Source: Elusimicrobiota bacterium (GTDB lineage Bacteria > Elusimicrobiota > Elusimicrobia > Elusimicrobiales > UBA9959). Taken from it: a stretch of 64,000 nt of DNA. Under the pieces are notes generated by a model. The model was given only the letters and a program-made list of their open reading frames with translations, searched no databases and was not told the origin of the DNA. Within the stretch, counting starts at the first letter, position 1. Each line of letters opens with the position of its first letter. Of the stretch, positions 44,094-54,585 are shown piece after piece. The DNA lies in NCBI GenBank assembly GCA_016234365.1, contig JACRER010000080.1, positions 2,619 to 66,618 on the forward strand, written 5' to 3'. A program made the position numbers and the translations under genes.

Positions 44094-44594
44094 ATGAAAT
44101 ACTCGGATAATTTCGACAAACTGTGCGCCGCGCTGGAAGGGTCCGGCGCTTTCCTCGTGGTCGAGGATAATATCGGGCGCGTCAACGTGATGACCATCGG
44201 CTGGGCCCAGCTGGGCCTCATCTGGAGCCAGCCCATCATGACCGTGCTGGTGCGCCCGTCGCGCTACACCTACGACCTCCTTTCAAAGGCCACCCATTTC
44301 TCCGTCTGCGTGCCGCATCCGGGCGGGATGCAGAAAGAGCTGGCTTACTGCGGCAGCAAGTCCGGCCGCGACTTCGACAAGGCGCGCGTCTGCGGCCTCA
44401 CGTTCAAGGAAGGCTACGGCCACAAGGTGAAATACATAGAAGGCTGCGAACTGGTCTACCAGTGCGAGATCTGCGTCGGCACCGGCCTGCCCACTGCCTG
44501 TTCGGAGCAGCCGGCGCTTTCCCGCTATTACCCCGGCGGGGGCGACGTGCATACGGTCTATTTCGGCAAGATAGTGAAGTCGGAGAAATTCTGA
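44094..44594 (+). CDS. flavin reductase-like (FMN-binding split-barrel) domain protein
   Basis: ORF 43995..44594 trimmed to MKYSDNFDKL at 44094. NVMTIGWAQLGLIWSQPIMTVLVRPSRYTYDLL is typical of the flavin reductase-like domain. Confidence 0.7.
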   Translation: MKYSDNFDKLCAALEGSGAFLVVEDNIGRVNVMTIGWAQLGLIWSQPIMTVLVRPSRYTYDLLSKATHFSVCVPHPGGMQKELAYCGSKSGRDFDKARVCGLTFKEGYGHKVKYIEGCELVYQCEICVGTGLPTACSEQPALSRYYPGGGDVHTVYFGKIVKSEKF

Positions 44595-45823
44595 TGCGCC
44601 ACGCCCGCCTCGCCCCGCTGTTCCTCGCCGCCGTCCTGCTGTCCGGCTGCGGTATCCTCAAACAGAAGGCCGCCGAGTATTACCTCGGTAAAGCGCGTTC
44701 CGCCGCCGCGGCGCAGAACCCCGCCCCGGCCGACCTCGAGGCGGCCTTTGCTTACGCGGACAAGGCGTTTAGCTACGCGCCCGGTTCCGAGCAGGCCGTG
44801 GAACTACTGGAAGACCTGGCCGACGCCTCTTCCCGCAGCGGCTTCGCCAAGGGGCAGGAAATGCAGGCGGCCTCGCTGCAGCGCGCCCTTAAGCTTGCCC
44901 CGCTCAACTGGTATGTCCGCGAGGCGCTCGTTAACTTCTACGCCGCCCGCGGCGACACGGCCGGCCTGGACGCGCTGGCCGCGCAGGGCCGCGAACTGGC
45001 GGCTTCGCCCGACTCCGGGGTCAAGTATTGCTCGCTCCTTTCCGCCCTTGCCGCCAAGGCCGCTTCCGTCCCCTGGCTGGAATCCGAAGCCTCCCTGGCC
45101 CTGAACAAGTCCGCCGAGGTTTTCTTCGGGAAGGCGGGCGCCTATGCCGCCGCCCTGGCCGAACTGCCTGGCCTGAAGGCGGAGTCCGAGAAACTGACCG
45201 CCGCCGACCCTTCCGTCAAGCGCGCCGCTCCTGCCGCGCTGGTCTCCGCCGCGGAGGTGGCCGCCGCCGACGCGCTGCGCTTGCCCGACGCTGCGGCGCG
45301 CGCCGCCGATTTTGCCGCCAGGGCCGCCGCCGACCCCGCTTTTCACAAGGCCGTGGAGATGACGGTGCAGGGCAACGTAGCCTTGCTGAAAAAAGAATAC
45401 GCGCAGGCCCGCGCGTTCTACCAGGGCGCGCTGCAGAACGCCCCCGGCCTGGTGGACGCCCGCCGCCAGCTGGCGGAAACCGACTTCCAGGAGGGCGCCG
45501 CGCTTGGCGCCGCTGGCGCGGACCGCAAGGCCTCCGCTCAGCTGCTTTACCGCGCCTACGGCACGGCCGGCGAGGTGATAACAGCCGTCCTTAAAGGCGG
45601 CGCCCCGCTGCCGTTCATAAAACCGGAGCGGTTCCTGGGCGAGTTGTACGCCCTGAAGGCGGCCGACCTGGCCGCGCTGCGCGCCGTGGACGGCAAGCGC
45701 CTGCGCAACACCGCCAGGCTCGAGGCCGAGTTTAAATCCGCGCTCGACGAGGCCGTAAGGCTTAACCCGGAAGGCCGCCTGGCCCGGGAGCTCCTCGAGC
45801 GTTATTCCAAAGAAGGTTTTTAA
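44594..45823 (+). CDS. Ala-rich lipoprotein with TPR-like helical repeats
   Basis: ORF 44462..45823 trimmed to MRHARLAPLFLAAVLLSGC at 44594 (lipobox). The start overlaps the upstream stop by 1 nt (TGATG). Confidence 0.65.
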   Translation: MRHARLAPLFLAAVLLSGCGILKQKAAEYYLGKARSAAAAQNPAPADLEAAFAYADKAFSYAPGSEQAVELLEDLADASSRSGFAKGQEMQAASLQRALKLAPLNWYVREALVNFYAARGDTAGLDALAAQGRELAASPDSGVKYCSLLSALAAKAASVPWLESEASLALNKSAEVFFGKAGAYAAALAELPGLKAESEKLTAADPSVKRAAPAALVSAAEVAAADALRLPDAAARAADFAARAAADPAFHKAVEMTVQGNVALLKKEYAQARAFYQGALQNAPGLVDARRQLAETDFQEGAALGAAGADRKASAQLLYRAYGTAGEVITAVLKGGAPLPFIKPERFLGELYALKAADLAALRAVDGKRLRNTARLEAEFKSALDEAVRLNPEGRLARELLERYSKEGF

Positions 45824-45829
45824 ACCGCC

Positions 45830-46489
45830 ATGTCCGTACGGCTCCTGACGTTCGCGCTGCTGCTGCCCGCGCTCCCGTGCGCGGCGCAGCAGACGGACGT
45901 CTCTACCGCCGCGGCCGCGGCGCAGGGCCCCAGCCCGCTGGTGCTCAACATCTCAAAGGACGCGCGCATGTCGCGCGTCGGCCTGGACTACTCCATAAAG
46001 TGGGATTTTTCGGACCTCGCCTCTTTCCGGCCCAGCCTGGGCGCGGTCTATGAGGGCGTGAAGGCCGTGTATTCGTGGGATATCACAGAGAATACGATGG
46101 TGAATTATTACGGCCTGCGCACCAATCCGTGGCGCATGATAATAGCGCGCGACAAGATACAGACCTCTTCAGCGCAGGGCTCCGGCGGCGGGGAAGCGGG
46201 CGTGGTCAGCAGGACCCCTTCGGCATACCGCAAACGCGTGAGGCTGTCGGTGTCGCCGCTGGTGGACGACATCAAGCGCGACTTCGATTCCAACCTCGCG
46301 GATTTCCTGCTGCGCAGCTCCCTCAGCAAGGCGTCGCCGGAATGGGAGAAGATAGGCGCGCAGAACCGCAAGACCTTTGTGAAGGACGTCCTCTCGCTGC
46401 CGGTCTGGGCCGTGCCCGTTCCCGGCATGGAGCAGACAAAAGAAGGTTTGGAATACCTTGGCGGGCCGCCAAAGCCCGTAAAGAAATAA
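45830..46489 (+). CDS. secreted hypothetical protein
   Basis: Signal peptide MSVRLLTFALLLPALPCAAQ. 219 aa. Starts 6 nt after the upstream gene. Terminator downstream. Confidence 0.6.
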   Translation: MSVRLLTFALLLPALPCAAQQTDVSTAAAAAQGPSPLVLNISKDARMSRVGLDYSIKWDFSDLASFRPSLGAVYEGVKAVYSWDITENTMVNYYGLRTNPWRMIIARDKIQTSSAQGSGGGEAGVVSRTPSAYRKRVRLSVSPLVDDIKRDFDSNLADFLLRSSLSKASPEWEKIGAQNRKTFVKDVLSLPVWAVPVPGMEQTKEGLEYLGGPPKPVKK

Positions 46490-46521
46490 AGAAGCCCGGG
46501 TTATCCCGGGCTTCTTTTTTT
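46486..46521. terminator. bidirectional intrinsic terminator
   Basis: aataaaGAAGCCCGGGttatCCCGGGCTTCttttttt lies between convergent genes. Confidence 0.88.
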
Positions 46522-46534
46522 ACCAGGTTCGCTC

Positions 46535-49483
46535 CTAGAGCAGCGCGGCGGCGCCGCGGCCTTCCGAACCGTCTATCCTTATATCCAGCGGCCGGTCGAA
46601 GCGCAGGTGCCTGATGTAGTTCAGTTCCTGCACCGGCGTCTGGGCCCGGATGCGCTCCCAGTTGATGAAGGAGTCCGGCCCCGTTTCATTTATGGTGAAG
46701 TAGCCCATGCCCAGCGAGGTGACGTTGTGGAAGAAATGCGTGCCGTAAGACGGGTCCACCACGAAGTCGCCGTAGGCCGCCTCCACTATCACGCGCGAGG
46801 CGGAGATGTGGTTCCATTTCACCGGGATGCCCAGGAGCGGGTCGCTCGACCCCCAACGGCCGGGGCCTATGATGATGTAGGAACGCCCTTCCTGCCGCAG
46901 CCGTGCGTTAAGTTCGCCTATCTCGGCGGCGATGTCGCGGGTCTTGAGCGTGTCGAACTTTTCAGGGATCACGTAAATGAGGTCCGAGATGTCCTTGTGC
47001 GCGCCGTTTCCCAGCGTCTGGGCGCTGAGGCACAGCAGGCTTTCGTGCGGCAGGTCCTTCACGGACACTTTCTTGACCGGGCTGCGCGATACCATCGGGC
47101 GCATCTGCAGGATGTTGAACGCCGCGTGGCCGGAGTCCTGGTCGTAGTCGCAGGCGAATTCCATCTCGATATTGCAGCCCATGGCTTCCTTGCCGAGTGC
47201 CGCTGCCTCCGCCAGGATCGCTGAAAGCGGCAGCGTCTCGCTCTTAAGGATGGGGGCGAAGGTTATAAGCCGGCGGCCCCGTTCGGAGATGCCGTCATAG
47301 ACGCGGTCGTTCTCGGCGGAGTAGGTGGAGCCTACCAGCTCAAGCGTGCCGTCCGCCTCCGACTCCTCTATGCCGGCATGGACCAGGGCCGGCTCCTCGT
47401 CGTACTTGAGCGCGCCTTCGCCGCCTTTCACGCTCAGCGCGATGAATTTCTTCTGTGAATTGGCCAGGAAGTCCCCCAGCGTTGAGAACTGGTGCAGGTT
47501 CTGCGGGTGGGCGGGGGAGAAACGCAGCGCGGTAAAGCCTTCCACTATGGTCTTGCCCAGGCCCAGCGCGATATGGGCTATCGGGTCCTCCGCTTCCAGC
47601 GGCGGCACCGGGTAATAGTTGTACGACTGCATCACCCCGGCGAAGGCCGGGTAGAAGCGGCCGCTGCCCTGCGGGCGGCCCACCACCTTCTGGATCACCA
47701 CCGCCATCTTTTCCTCTTCTATCAGCAGCGGGTTCAGTTTGCGGTAGGCGCGCGCCTCCCGCGAGAAGACCGAGGCGTAGATAAATTTTATCGCGCGCTC
47801 CAGTTCGGCCAGCCGCACGGCCGGGTCCGGGTTGTCGTTGGGCAGCATGTAGGTCTTGTACACGCCGGCGAAAGGCTGCGTCTTGGAGTCTTCCAGCAGC
47901 GAGGAGGAGCGCACGGCCAGCGGGCCCTGCAGCCGCTCCACCACGGAAACCAAGTCTCTGGTCACGTAATCCGGCAGGTGCGCGTGCTCGAACAGCGCCG
48001 CGGTCTCCTCGCTGGTATGGTTCTCGTTCATCAGCGAGTCCAGGCCGTTCTGTTCCATGAAGAAATCGAACACGTCCGTGGCGATGACGATGGTGTTGGG
48101 TACGTTCACCGTGACGCCGGGCCAGCGCGTCTCCAGGTCGCTTTTGGAGAGCAGGAAGTCCACGAAGGCCAGGCCGCGGGCCTTGCCGCCTATGGAGCCG
48201 GAGCCTATCTTGGAGAAGGGCGTGGAATCGTCGAAGAGCTTGCGGTCGAACTTGAGCACTGTGCCCAGCTGCGTCTTGTAGATGAACTGGTGGATAGTCT
48301 CTATCAGGTACTTGCGCAGCTGCTCGTGGTTGCTGAATTCGGAGATCTTCTTGGGCCGGATATGGTAGGCCATCTCGAACTCGGTGCGGGCGAACAGCCA
48401 CTTGGAGAAGTGGTTGCGCCCGGCGTGATATATCACGGACTCTATGGGTACCACCTTCAGCAGTTTCAGCATCGTGTTGAGGTCCGCCGCGCGCGCCAGC
48501 TCCGCGCCGTTGCGGTCCGAGAAGACGAAATCGCCGAAGCCGAAGTAGCGCGTGATGAAGGCGCGCAGCTGCTTGGACAGGTCCGGCGCCGCCTTGTGCA
48601 CGAAAGAAGCGCCCAGCCCGGCCGCGGCGCCCGCCATGCGGGCGTTGGAAGACTGCAGCAACACCGGCATGTCCGGGTTTTCCGCCTTGATTCGGCGCGT
48701 CAGTTCCAGCCCGGCTTCCGGGTGGCACGCGCCCCCCATAGGGTATTCTATGTCGCTTATCACGCCGAGCAGGTTGTTTTTGTACTTTTCGTAAAGGGCC
48801 CAGGCCTCTTCGTAAGTGCTGCAGAACAGGATCTTGGGCCTGGCGCGCAGGCGCAGGTTCTTCTTCACAGGGTTAAGCTCTTCGGCCATTACTACCTGCG
48901 TCTGTTTCATCAGTTCGCTGTAGATGAGCGGCAGGTAGGTGGAATAGAACTTGATGTTGTCCTCCACCAGCAGCACCGCTTGCACGCCCACTTTGGAATC
49001 CTGGTCGAAGTTGCGTTCGTCCTCTATGATGTTGATGATGGCGGAGAAGATGCGCGTATCGCCGCTCCACAGGCAGATGCCGTCGGCCAGGGCGCGGGTA
49101 TCGTCCAGCACGTTCTTGATATCCTGGACGTTGAACGACAGCAGCACCACCGGCAGGTCCGGTTTGTAGGCTTTGATGCTGCGGAAAAAAGCGGCCATAT
49201 CGGTCTCGCCCACCTGAACCATGGCGATGACCAGGTCGTAGGAACCGCGCTTGAGCTTCTCCAGCGCCTGGCCGGTGGTGGGTACGCGCGTTATCTTGGG
49301 GGCGCCGCGGCCGGAATCCGGCAGCTCGGAGAACAGGGCCTCGTTGAGGCGGTCATCGTCGGCCAGCAGGAAGGAGTCGTAGAGGGAGGCTACCATCAGG
49401 ACGTTCTTTATCCTGTGCGGCATCAATTTTTCGAAGCCGCCGAACTCTATTTCGTAATCTCCGGGTTTCTTGGTATTCGGCAT
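46535..49483 (-). CDS. pseudo-receiver + receiver + PEP/pyruvate-binding (PPDK_N ATP-grasp) domain protein
   Basis: 982 aa. First REC-like domain lacks the acceptor Asp ([11 protein letters not shown]). Second REC has VLLVEDN and [11 protein letters not shown]. The C-terminal half has the PPDK/PpsA N-terminal nucleotide-binding signature ([46 protein letters not shown]). I saw no phosphohistidine (TGGxTSH-like) or PEP-utilising TIM-barrel domain. Confidence 0.8.
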   Translation of the reverse strand: MPNTKKPGDYEIEFGGFEKLMPHRIKNVLMVASLYDSFLLADDDRLNEALFSELPDSGRGAPKITRVPTTGQALEKLKRGSYDLVIAMVQVGETDMAAFFRSIKAYKPDLPVVLLSFNVQDIKNVLDDTRALADGICLWSGDTRIFSAIINIIEDERNFDQDSKVGVQAVLLVEDNIKFYSTYLPLIYSELMKQTQVVMAEELNPVKKNLRLRARPKILFCSTYEEAWALYEKYKNNLLGVISDIEYPMGGACHPEAGLELTRRIKAENPDMPVLLQSSNARMAGAAAGLGASFVHKAAPDLSKQLRAFITRYFGFGDFVFSDRNGAELARAADLNTMLKLLKVVPIESVIYHAGRNHFSKWLFARTEFEMAYHIRPKKISEFSNHEQLRKYLIETIHQFIYKTQLGTVLKFDRKLFDDSTPFSKIGSGSIGGKARGLAFVDFLLSKSDLETRWPGVTVNVPNTIVIATDVFDFFMEQNGLDSLMNENHTSEETAALFEHAHLPDYVTRDLVSVVERLQGPLAVRSSSLLEDSKTQPFAGVYKTYMLPNDNPDPAVRLAELERAIKFIYASVFSREARAYRKLNPLLIEEEKMAVVIQKVVGRPQGSGRFYPAFAGVMQSYNYYPVPPLEAEDPIAHIALGLGKTIVEGFTALRFSPAHPQNLHQFSTLGDFLANSQKKFIALSVKGGEGALKYDEEPALVHAGIEESEADGTLELVGSTYSAENDRVYDGISERGRRLITFAPILKSETLPLSAILAEAAALGKEAMGCNIEMEFACDYDQDSGHAAFNILQMRPMVSRSPVKKVSVKDLPHESLLCLSAQTLGNGAHKDISDLIYVIPEKFDTLKTRDIAAEIGELNARLRQEGRSYIIIGPGRWGSSDPLLGIPVKWNHISASRVIVEAAYGDFVVDPSYGTHFFHNVTSLGMGYFTINETGPDSFINWERIRAQTPVQELNYIRHLRFDRPLDIRIDGSEGRGAAALL

Positions 49484-49542
49484 GGGAGTATTCTACAAAA
49501 AAGGCGCCGCGCGGGCGCCGTTATTGCCTGATGCGTGGGTGG

Positions 49543-49572
49543 TTGCCAAAAAATTCTTATTATGTTTATAAT
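49543..49572 (+). promoter_or_regulatory. sigma70-like promoter candidate for serC-serA
   Basis: TTGCCA (49543-49548), an 18-nt spacer, then TATAAT (49567-49572), about 43 nt before the serC ATG in an AT-rich divergent spacer. Confidence 0.45.
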
Positions 49573-49614
49573 ATAAGTAGTTCAGCGAAAATCACTCAGG
49601 AGACCCGCATTATC

Positions 49615-50793
49615 ATGGAAAAACCCACCCTTAAACCCAAGTGTCCCAACTTCTCTTCCGGCCCCTGCGCCAAGCGCCCCGGCTGGACCGTAGACGCGCT
49701 GAAGAACGCGCTGGTCGGCCGCTCCCACCGCTCTAAAGAGGGCAAAGCCCGCCTGCAGGAAGTCTCCGACCGCATGAAGAAAGTCCTTAACCTGCCCGCC
49801 GATTACCGCATAGGCGTGGTGGCCGGCTCCGACACCGGCGCCGTAGAACTGGCGATGTGGACCCTGCTCGGCCCGCGCTCCGTGGACATCTTCGGCTGGG
49901 AAGCCTTCAGCAAGGGCTGGATCACCGACGCGGTGAAGTACCTCAAGCTCCCCAAGGTCAACGAGTACAAGGCCGACTTCGGCAAGCTGCCGGACCTGGC
50001 CAAGGCCAACGCGGCCAACGACATCATCTTCACCTGGAACGGCACCACCTCGGGCGTCAAGGTCCCGAACCTGAACTGGATCCCCAAGAACCAGGAAGGC
50101 CTAGTGATCTGCGACGCCACCAGCGGCGTGTTCGCCATGGACATAGACTTCACCAAGCTCGACGTGATCACCTTCTCCTGGCAGAAAGTGCTGGGCGGCG
50201 AGGCCGCGCACGGCGTCATCATCCTCTCTCCCAAGGCGGTCAAGCGCATGGAGGAGCAGAATTCTAAAATTACCTGGCCCGTGCCCAAGATCTTCCGCCT
50301 CGTGGACGAGAAGAAGCTCAACCCCGGCGAGCTGGAGTACAGCACCATCAACACGCCCTCGATGCTCTGCGTCGAGGACGCCATAGACGCCCTGAAGTGG
50401 GCCGAGACCGTGGGCGGCCTGGCCGGCCTGGTAAAGCGCTCCACCGCCAACCTGGCGGCCTTCGAGCGCTGGGTTGAGAAGTCCTCCTGGATCAGCTTCC
50501 TCGCCGAGACAAAGGAGACCCGCTCCAACACCTCCGTCTGCTTCAAGATCAAGGCCGACTGGTTCGGCAAGCTGTCCGACGAGGACAAGGTGAAGGCCGC
50601 CAAGAAGCTCACCTCCATGCTGGACAAGGAAGGCGTGGCCAAGGACATCAACTCCTACGGCAAGGCCCCGGCCGGCATCCGCGTGTGGTGCGGCGCCACC
50701 GTGGAGACTTCCGACATAGAAGCCCTGATCCCCTGGCTCGACTGGGCCTACGAGCAGACCGCCAAAGAATATTCCAAGGAGGCCGTGAAATGA
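49615..50793 (+). CDS. serC: phosphoserine aminotransferase (long, Methanosarcina/Mycobacterium-type)
   Basis: ORF 49531..50793 trimmed to [24 protein letters not shown] at 49615. [20 protein letters not shown] contains the PLP-Lys region. Adjacent to serA. Confidence 0.85.
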   Translation: MEKPTLKPKCPNFSSGPCAKRPGWTVDALKNALVGRSHRSKEGKARLQEVSDRMKKVLNLPADYRIGVVAGSDTGAVELAMWTLLGPRSVDIFGWEAFSKGWITDAVKYLKLPKVNEYKADFGKLPDLAKANAANDIIFTWNGTTSGVKVPNLNWIPKNQEGLVICDATSGVFAMDIDFTKLDVITFSWQKVLGGEAAHGVIILSPKAVKRMEEQNSKITWPVPKIFRLVDEKKLNPGELEYSTINTPSMLCVEDAIDALKWAETVGGLAGLVKRSTANLAAFERWVEKSSWISFLAETKETRSNTSVCFKIKADWFGKLSDEDKVKAAKKLTSMLDKEGVAKDINSYGKAPAGIRVWCGATVETSDIEALIPWLDWAYEQTAKEYSKEAVK

Positions 50794-51740
50794 GCAAAGT
50801 CCTTATAGCCGACAAAGCCGATCCCCTCTGCGAGAAGGTCCTCAAGGACCGCGGCATCGAGGCCGTGGTCAAGACCGGCATGAAGCCCGAGGAGCTTAAG
50901 GCCTGCGCCCATGAGTTCGACGGCATCATAGTGCGCTCCGCCAGCAAGATTACCCGCGAGATCATAGAGGCCGCCAAAAACCTCAAGGCCGTGGCCCGCG
51001 CCGGCGCCGGCGTAGACAACGTCGACCTGGTCGCCGCCAGCGAGAAGAAAGTGCTGGTGATGAACACGCCTTTCGGCAACACCGTTTCCACCGGCGAGCA
51101 CGCCATAGCCATGATGTTCGCCATGGCCCGCCTGATCCCGCAGGCCAACGCGTCCACGCACGCGGGCAAGTGGGAGAAGAACAAGTTTGAGGGCGTGGAG
51201 ATAACCGGCAAGACGCTCGGCGTCGTAGGCTGCGGCAACATCGGCGCCGTGGTGGCCGACCGCGCCAAGGGCCTGCACATGGACGTGCTGGTGTTCGACC
51301 CCAAGATGACCACCGAGCGCGCCCGGGAGCTGGGCGTGAAGATGGTGACCCTGGACGAACTGTACGCCAAGGCCGATTTTATCACCTACCACGTGACCAT
51401 CAACCCCGCCACCAAGGGGATGATCAACAAGGACGCGATCGCCAAGATGAAGAAGGGTGTGCGCCTCATCAACTGCGCGCGCGGCGGCATCATGGTGGAG
51501 GCCGACATCAAGGCCGCCATCGAGAGCGGCCAGATAGCCGGCTTCGCGGTGGACGTGTACGCGGAAGAGCCCGCCACCAGCCACATCTTCTTCGGCATGG
51601 AGAAAGTGATCTGCACCCCGCATATCGCCGCCTCCACCAAGGACGCGCAGGTGACCGTGGCGCGCCAGGCCGCCGAGCAGATAGCGGACTTCCTGCTCAC
51701 CGGCAAGCGCACCCACGCGGTGAACGGCGACAAGATATAA
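50790..51740 (+). CDS. serA: D-3-phosphoglycerate dehydrogenase, short form lacking ACT domain
   Basis: ORF trimmed to [13 protein letters not shown] at 50790 (ATGA overlap with the serC stop). NAD motif [13 protein letters not shown]; catalytic region [11 protein letters not shown]...DVYAEEP...TPHIAAST. 316 aa. Confidence 0.85.
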   Translation: MSKVLIADKADPLCEKVLKDRGIEAVVKTGMKPEELKACAHEFDGIIVRSASKITREIIEAAKNLKAVARAGAGVDNVDLVAASEKKVLVMNTPFGNTVSTGEHAIAMMFAMARLIPQANASTHAGKWEKNKFEGVEITGKTLGVVGCGNIGAVVADRAKGLHMDVLVFDPKMTTERARELGVKMVTLDELYAKADFITYHVTINPATKGMINKDAIAKMKKGVRLINCARGGIMVEADIKAAIESGQIAGFAVDVYAEEPATSHIFFGMEKVICTPHIAASTKDAQVTVARQAAEQIADFLLTGKRTHAVNGDKI

Positions 51741-51754
51741 ACTTGCCGCCAGGC

Positions 51755-51790
51755 GCCCGGGTCCCCGCGAGGGGGCCCGGGCTCATTTTC
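51755..51790 (+). terminator. GC-rich hairpin with weak T-tract between serA and the DUF1015 gene (terminator or attenuator-like)
   Basis: GCCCGGGTCCCCgcgaGGGGGCCCGGGCtcattttc. The stem is 12 bp with one mismatch and the T-tract is interrupted. Confidence 0.5.
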
Positions 51791-51807
51791 TGACAAGGAA
51801 AGATACC

Positions 51808-53064
51808 ATGGCAAAACTCCCTCTTTTCTCCCCTATATTCGGTATCCGCCCCGCTCCCGGCAAGGCGCAGGAAATTATCGCCCCGCCCTACGACGTGCTC
51901 GACTCCGAAGAAGCCCGCGAAATGGCCAAGGGCAAGCCCAACAGTTTCCTGCATGTCTCCAAGGCCGAGATAGACCTGCCGCCCGGCACCGACGTGCATG
52001 ACGAGATCGTCTATAAGAAAGCCGCCGAGAATTTTGAAGGCATGCTTAAAAAAGGCCTGCTGATGCGGGAAGGCAAGCCCTGTTTCTACGCCTACCGCCT
52101 GCAGATGGGGGCGCATATCCAGACCGGCCTGATGGTGGGCGCCTGTGTGGACGATTACGACGCCAACCGCATCCGCAAGCACGAGTTCACCCGCCCCGTA
52201 AAAGAGGACGACCGCGTGAACCAGATAAAGTACGTTAAGGCGCAGACCGGCCCCGGCATCATCGCCTACAAGCAGGTGCCCGAGATCGACGCCGTCATAA
52301 AGAAGAACGTGAAGAAAGAGCCGCTGTTCTCCGCCACCGGCCCTGGCGGCGTGATCCACACCCTCTGGCTCATCGACGACGCGGCCGACATAAAGGCCAT
52401 CTCCGATGCCTCGGAGAAACAGAAAACAGTCTACATCGCCGACGGCCACCACCGCAGCGCCGCGGCCAGCCGCGTTAAGAAATTCATGGTGCAGCAGCGC
52501 GGCAGCGCCCATACCGGTACCGAGCCATACAATGTTTACCTGGCGGCGGCTTTCCCTGTGAACGAGATGAAGATCTGGGACTATAACCGCGTGGTGAAGG
52601 ACCTCAACGGCCTTACGCCGGACCAGTTCCTCGCCAGCGTGAAGGAAGTTTTCGAAGTGAAGGAAGTTAAGGGCCAGGCCAAGCCAACGGCGCGCCGCGA
52701 GTTCGGGATGTACCTTGGCGGCAAGTGGTATTCGATGAAACCCGCCGTAAAGACCCCGACCAAGGAAGAGGACCCGGTGAAGGCGCTGGACGTCAGCGTC
52801 TTGAGCGACCTGGTGCTGGACCGCATCCTCGGCATAAAGGACCTGCGCAAGTCCGACCGCGTGGATTTCGTGGGCGGCATACGCGGCCTGGGCGAGCTTG
52901 AGAAGCGCGTGAATTCCGGCGAGATGACCGCGGCTTTCGCGCTGCACGCCACCTCGCTGGACGAACTTATTTCCGTGGCGGACGATAACCAGGTGATGCC
53001 GCCCAAGTCCACCTGGTTCGAGCCTAAACTGGCCGACGGAGTGGTTTCCAACCCGCTGCTGTAA
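51808..53064 (+). CDS. DUF1015 domain protein
   Basis: N-terminus MAKLPLFSPIFGIRPAPGKAQEIIAPPYDVLDSEEARE, then IADGHHRSAAA and a C-terminal MPPKSTWFEPKL. These are characteristic DUF1015 blocks. Confidence 0.8.
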   Translation: MAKLPLFSPIFGIRPAPGKAQEIIAPPYDVLDSEEAREMAKGKPNSFLHVSKAEIDLPPGTDVHDEIVYKKAAENFEGMLKKGLLMREGKPCFYAYRLQMGAHIQTGLMVGACVDDYDANRIRKHEFTRPVKEDDRVNQIKYVKAQTGPGIIAYKQVPEIDAVIKKNVKKEPLFSATGPGGVIHTLWLIDDAADIKAISDASEKQKTVYIADGHHRSAAASRVKKFMVQQRGSAHTGTEPYNVYLAAAFPVNEMKIWDYNRVVKDLNGLTPDQFLASVKEVFEVKEVKGQAKPTARREFGMYLGGKWYSMKPAVKTPTKEEDPVKALDVSVLSDLVLDRILGIKDLRKSDRVDFVGGIRGLGELEKRVNSGEMTAAFALHATSLDELISVADDNQVMPPKSTWFEPKLADGVVSNPLL

Positions 53065-53095
53065 ACCGGCGGGGAGGGAAGGCCCAGGGATCCCT

Positions 53096-54172
53096 ATGGT
53101 CAAGAAGATATACGAAATGCTGCTCGGCAGCAAGGCGAAGGCCCTGGTTACAGGGGTGCTGCTGTTCGCCGCGGTATCCGCCGCCGATTATTATCTGCGC
53201 AACGAGATTTCCATCGACATCTTCTACTTCCTGCCCATATTCGTGCTGACCTGGCGCGGCAGCCGGGGCTGGGGACTGGCCGCCGCGGCCGCGGGCGTGC
53301 TGGTCTGGCTTACCGACGAGCGCGTCTTTATGCCCGGCTTCCAGGACCAGTTCAGTCTCGTGCTCTGGAACGCCGTGGTGCGGTTGTCCTTCTTTTCCGT
53401 GCTGGTGCTGCTGCTCCACGAGCTCCGCGTGATAATTCACCGGGAACGCGCCGTATCCAGACTGAAATCCGCGATGATCCACACCGTAAGCCACGAGTTC
53501 AATAATTCTCTCACGGGGCTTTCCGCGGGGCTGTTCCTGCTCAAAGAGATGGATCCGGCCGCCGCGGAGGCCGCCAAGGGGAGGATCTATTCCTCCATGG
53601 AGTCGGCCCTGAGCAACCTGACGCTTTACGTAAAGAACATCCTGAACGAAGCCCGTATGGAAGAGGGGCGCTTTACGATAGAGAAACGGCCGGTGGCCCT
53701 GCGGGAACTGGCGTCGGAAGCCGCCGCGCCCATGCAGGAACTCCTGGAGCAGAAAGGGATAGAACTGGAGATGAGCATGCCGCAGGTGCCGGCCATGGTC
53801 AGCGCGGACCGGGAGGCGCTGGCGCTGGTGGTCAGTAACCTCATAGGCAACGCGGTCAAATACACGCGTAAGGACGGGGCCATAACCGTGTCCATAGAGG
53901 CTTCCGGCGGCAAGGTGATATTCTCCGTGGAGGATTCCGGCATAGGCATTTCACTGGAAGACATGAAGAAGATCACCTCCGGGTTTTACAGGACGGAAGA
54001 AGGCCAGATGCAGGCCGCGGGCTTCGGCATGGGGCTTAAGATCACCAATGACCTGCTGGCGCTGCACGGCAGCCGCCTGGAGATATCCAGCGAGAAGGGG
54101 AGAGGTTCGCGGTTCTTCTTCGAACTGCCGGTGCTGGAAACCGGCGGCCAGGCCGCGCGGGGGAACATATGA
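53096..54172 (+). CDS. membrane sensor histidine kinase
   Basis: About 4 N-terminal TM helices. H-box MIHTVSHEFNNSLTGL. N/G boxes NLIGNAVKYT, DSGIGISLED, GFGMGLKITNDLLALHGSRLEISSEKGRGSRFFFELP. Confidence 0.88.
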   Translation: MVKKIYEMLLGSKAKALVTGVLLFAAVSAADYYLRNEISIDIFYFLPIFVLTWRGSRGWGLAAAAAGVLVWLTDERVFMPGFQDQFSLVLWNAVVRLSFFSVLVLLLHELRVIIHRERAVSRLKSAMIHTVSHEFNNSLTGLSAGLFLLKEMDPAAAEAAKGRIYSSMESALSNLTLYVKNILNEARMEEGRFTIEKRPVALRELASEAAAPMQELLEQKGIELEMSMPQVPAMVSADREALALVVSNLIGNAVKYTRKDGAITVSIEASGGKVIFSVEDSGIGISLEDMKKITSGFYRTEEGQMQAAGFGMGLKITNDLLALHGSRLEISSEKGRGSRFFFELPVLETGGQAARGNI

Positions 54173-54585
54173 AACACAAGATCCTGATAGTGGACGACGA
54201 GGAGAACATCCTCTTCATAACCAAGACCGCTTTCGAGCAGCACTACGAGGTCTTCACGGCCCCGGACGGCGCGGCCGCGCTGGAGATCATAAAACGGGAA
54301 CGGCCGGTGCTGGTCTTCCTGGATATAAAAATGCCGGGGATGTCCGGCATGCAGGTGCTGGAAGAGATAATCCTGCTGGACCAGAAGCCCGCGGTCTGGA
54401 TGCTGACCGGGGACGAGGAACTGGACACCGCCATGAAGACGCTCAACGCCGGCGCTTCCGGCTACGTTACCAAGCCTTTCGAACTCAGCCGGCTGCGTGA
54501 GATAGTGCTCAGCGCCACCGAGTCCTCCAAGGACTCGGGCAAGCCGGTATCCGAACGCCCGTGGCGGGTCAAGAAGAAAGAATGA
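54169..54585 (+). CDS. single-domain response regulator (CheY-like receiver)
   Basis: MKHKILIVDDEENILF; acceptor LVFLDIKMPGMSG; conserved Lys in YVTKPF. ATGA overlap with the kinase gene. Confidence 0.88.
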   Translation: MKHKILIVDDEENILFITKTAFEQHYEVFTAPDGAAALEIIKRERPVLVFLDIKMPGMSGMQVLEEIILLDQKPAVWMLTGDEELDTAMKTLNAGASGYVTKPFELSRLREIVLSATESSKDSGKPVSERPWRVKKKE

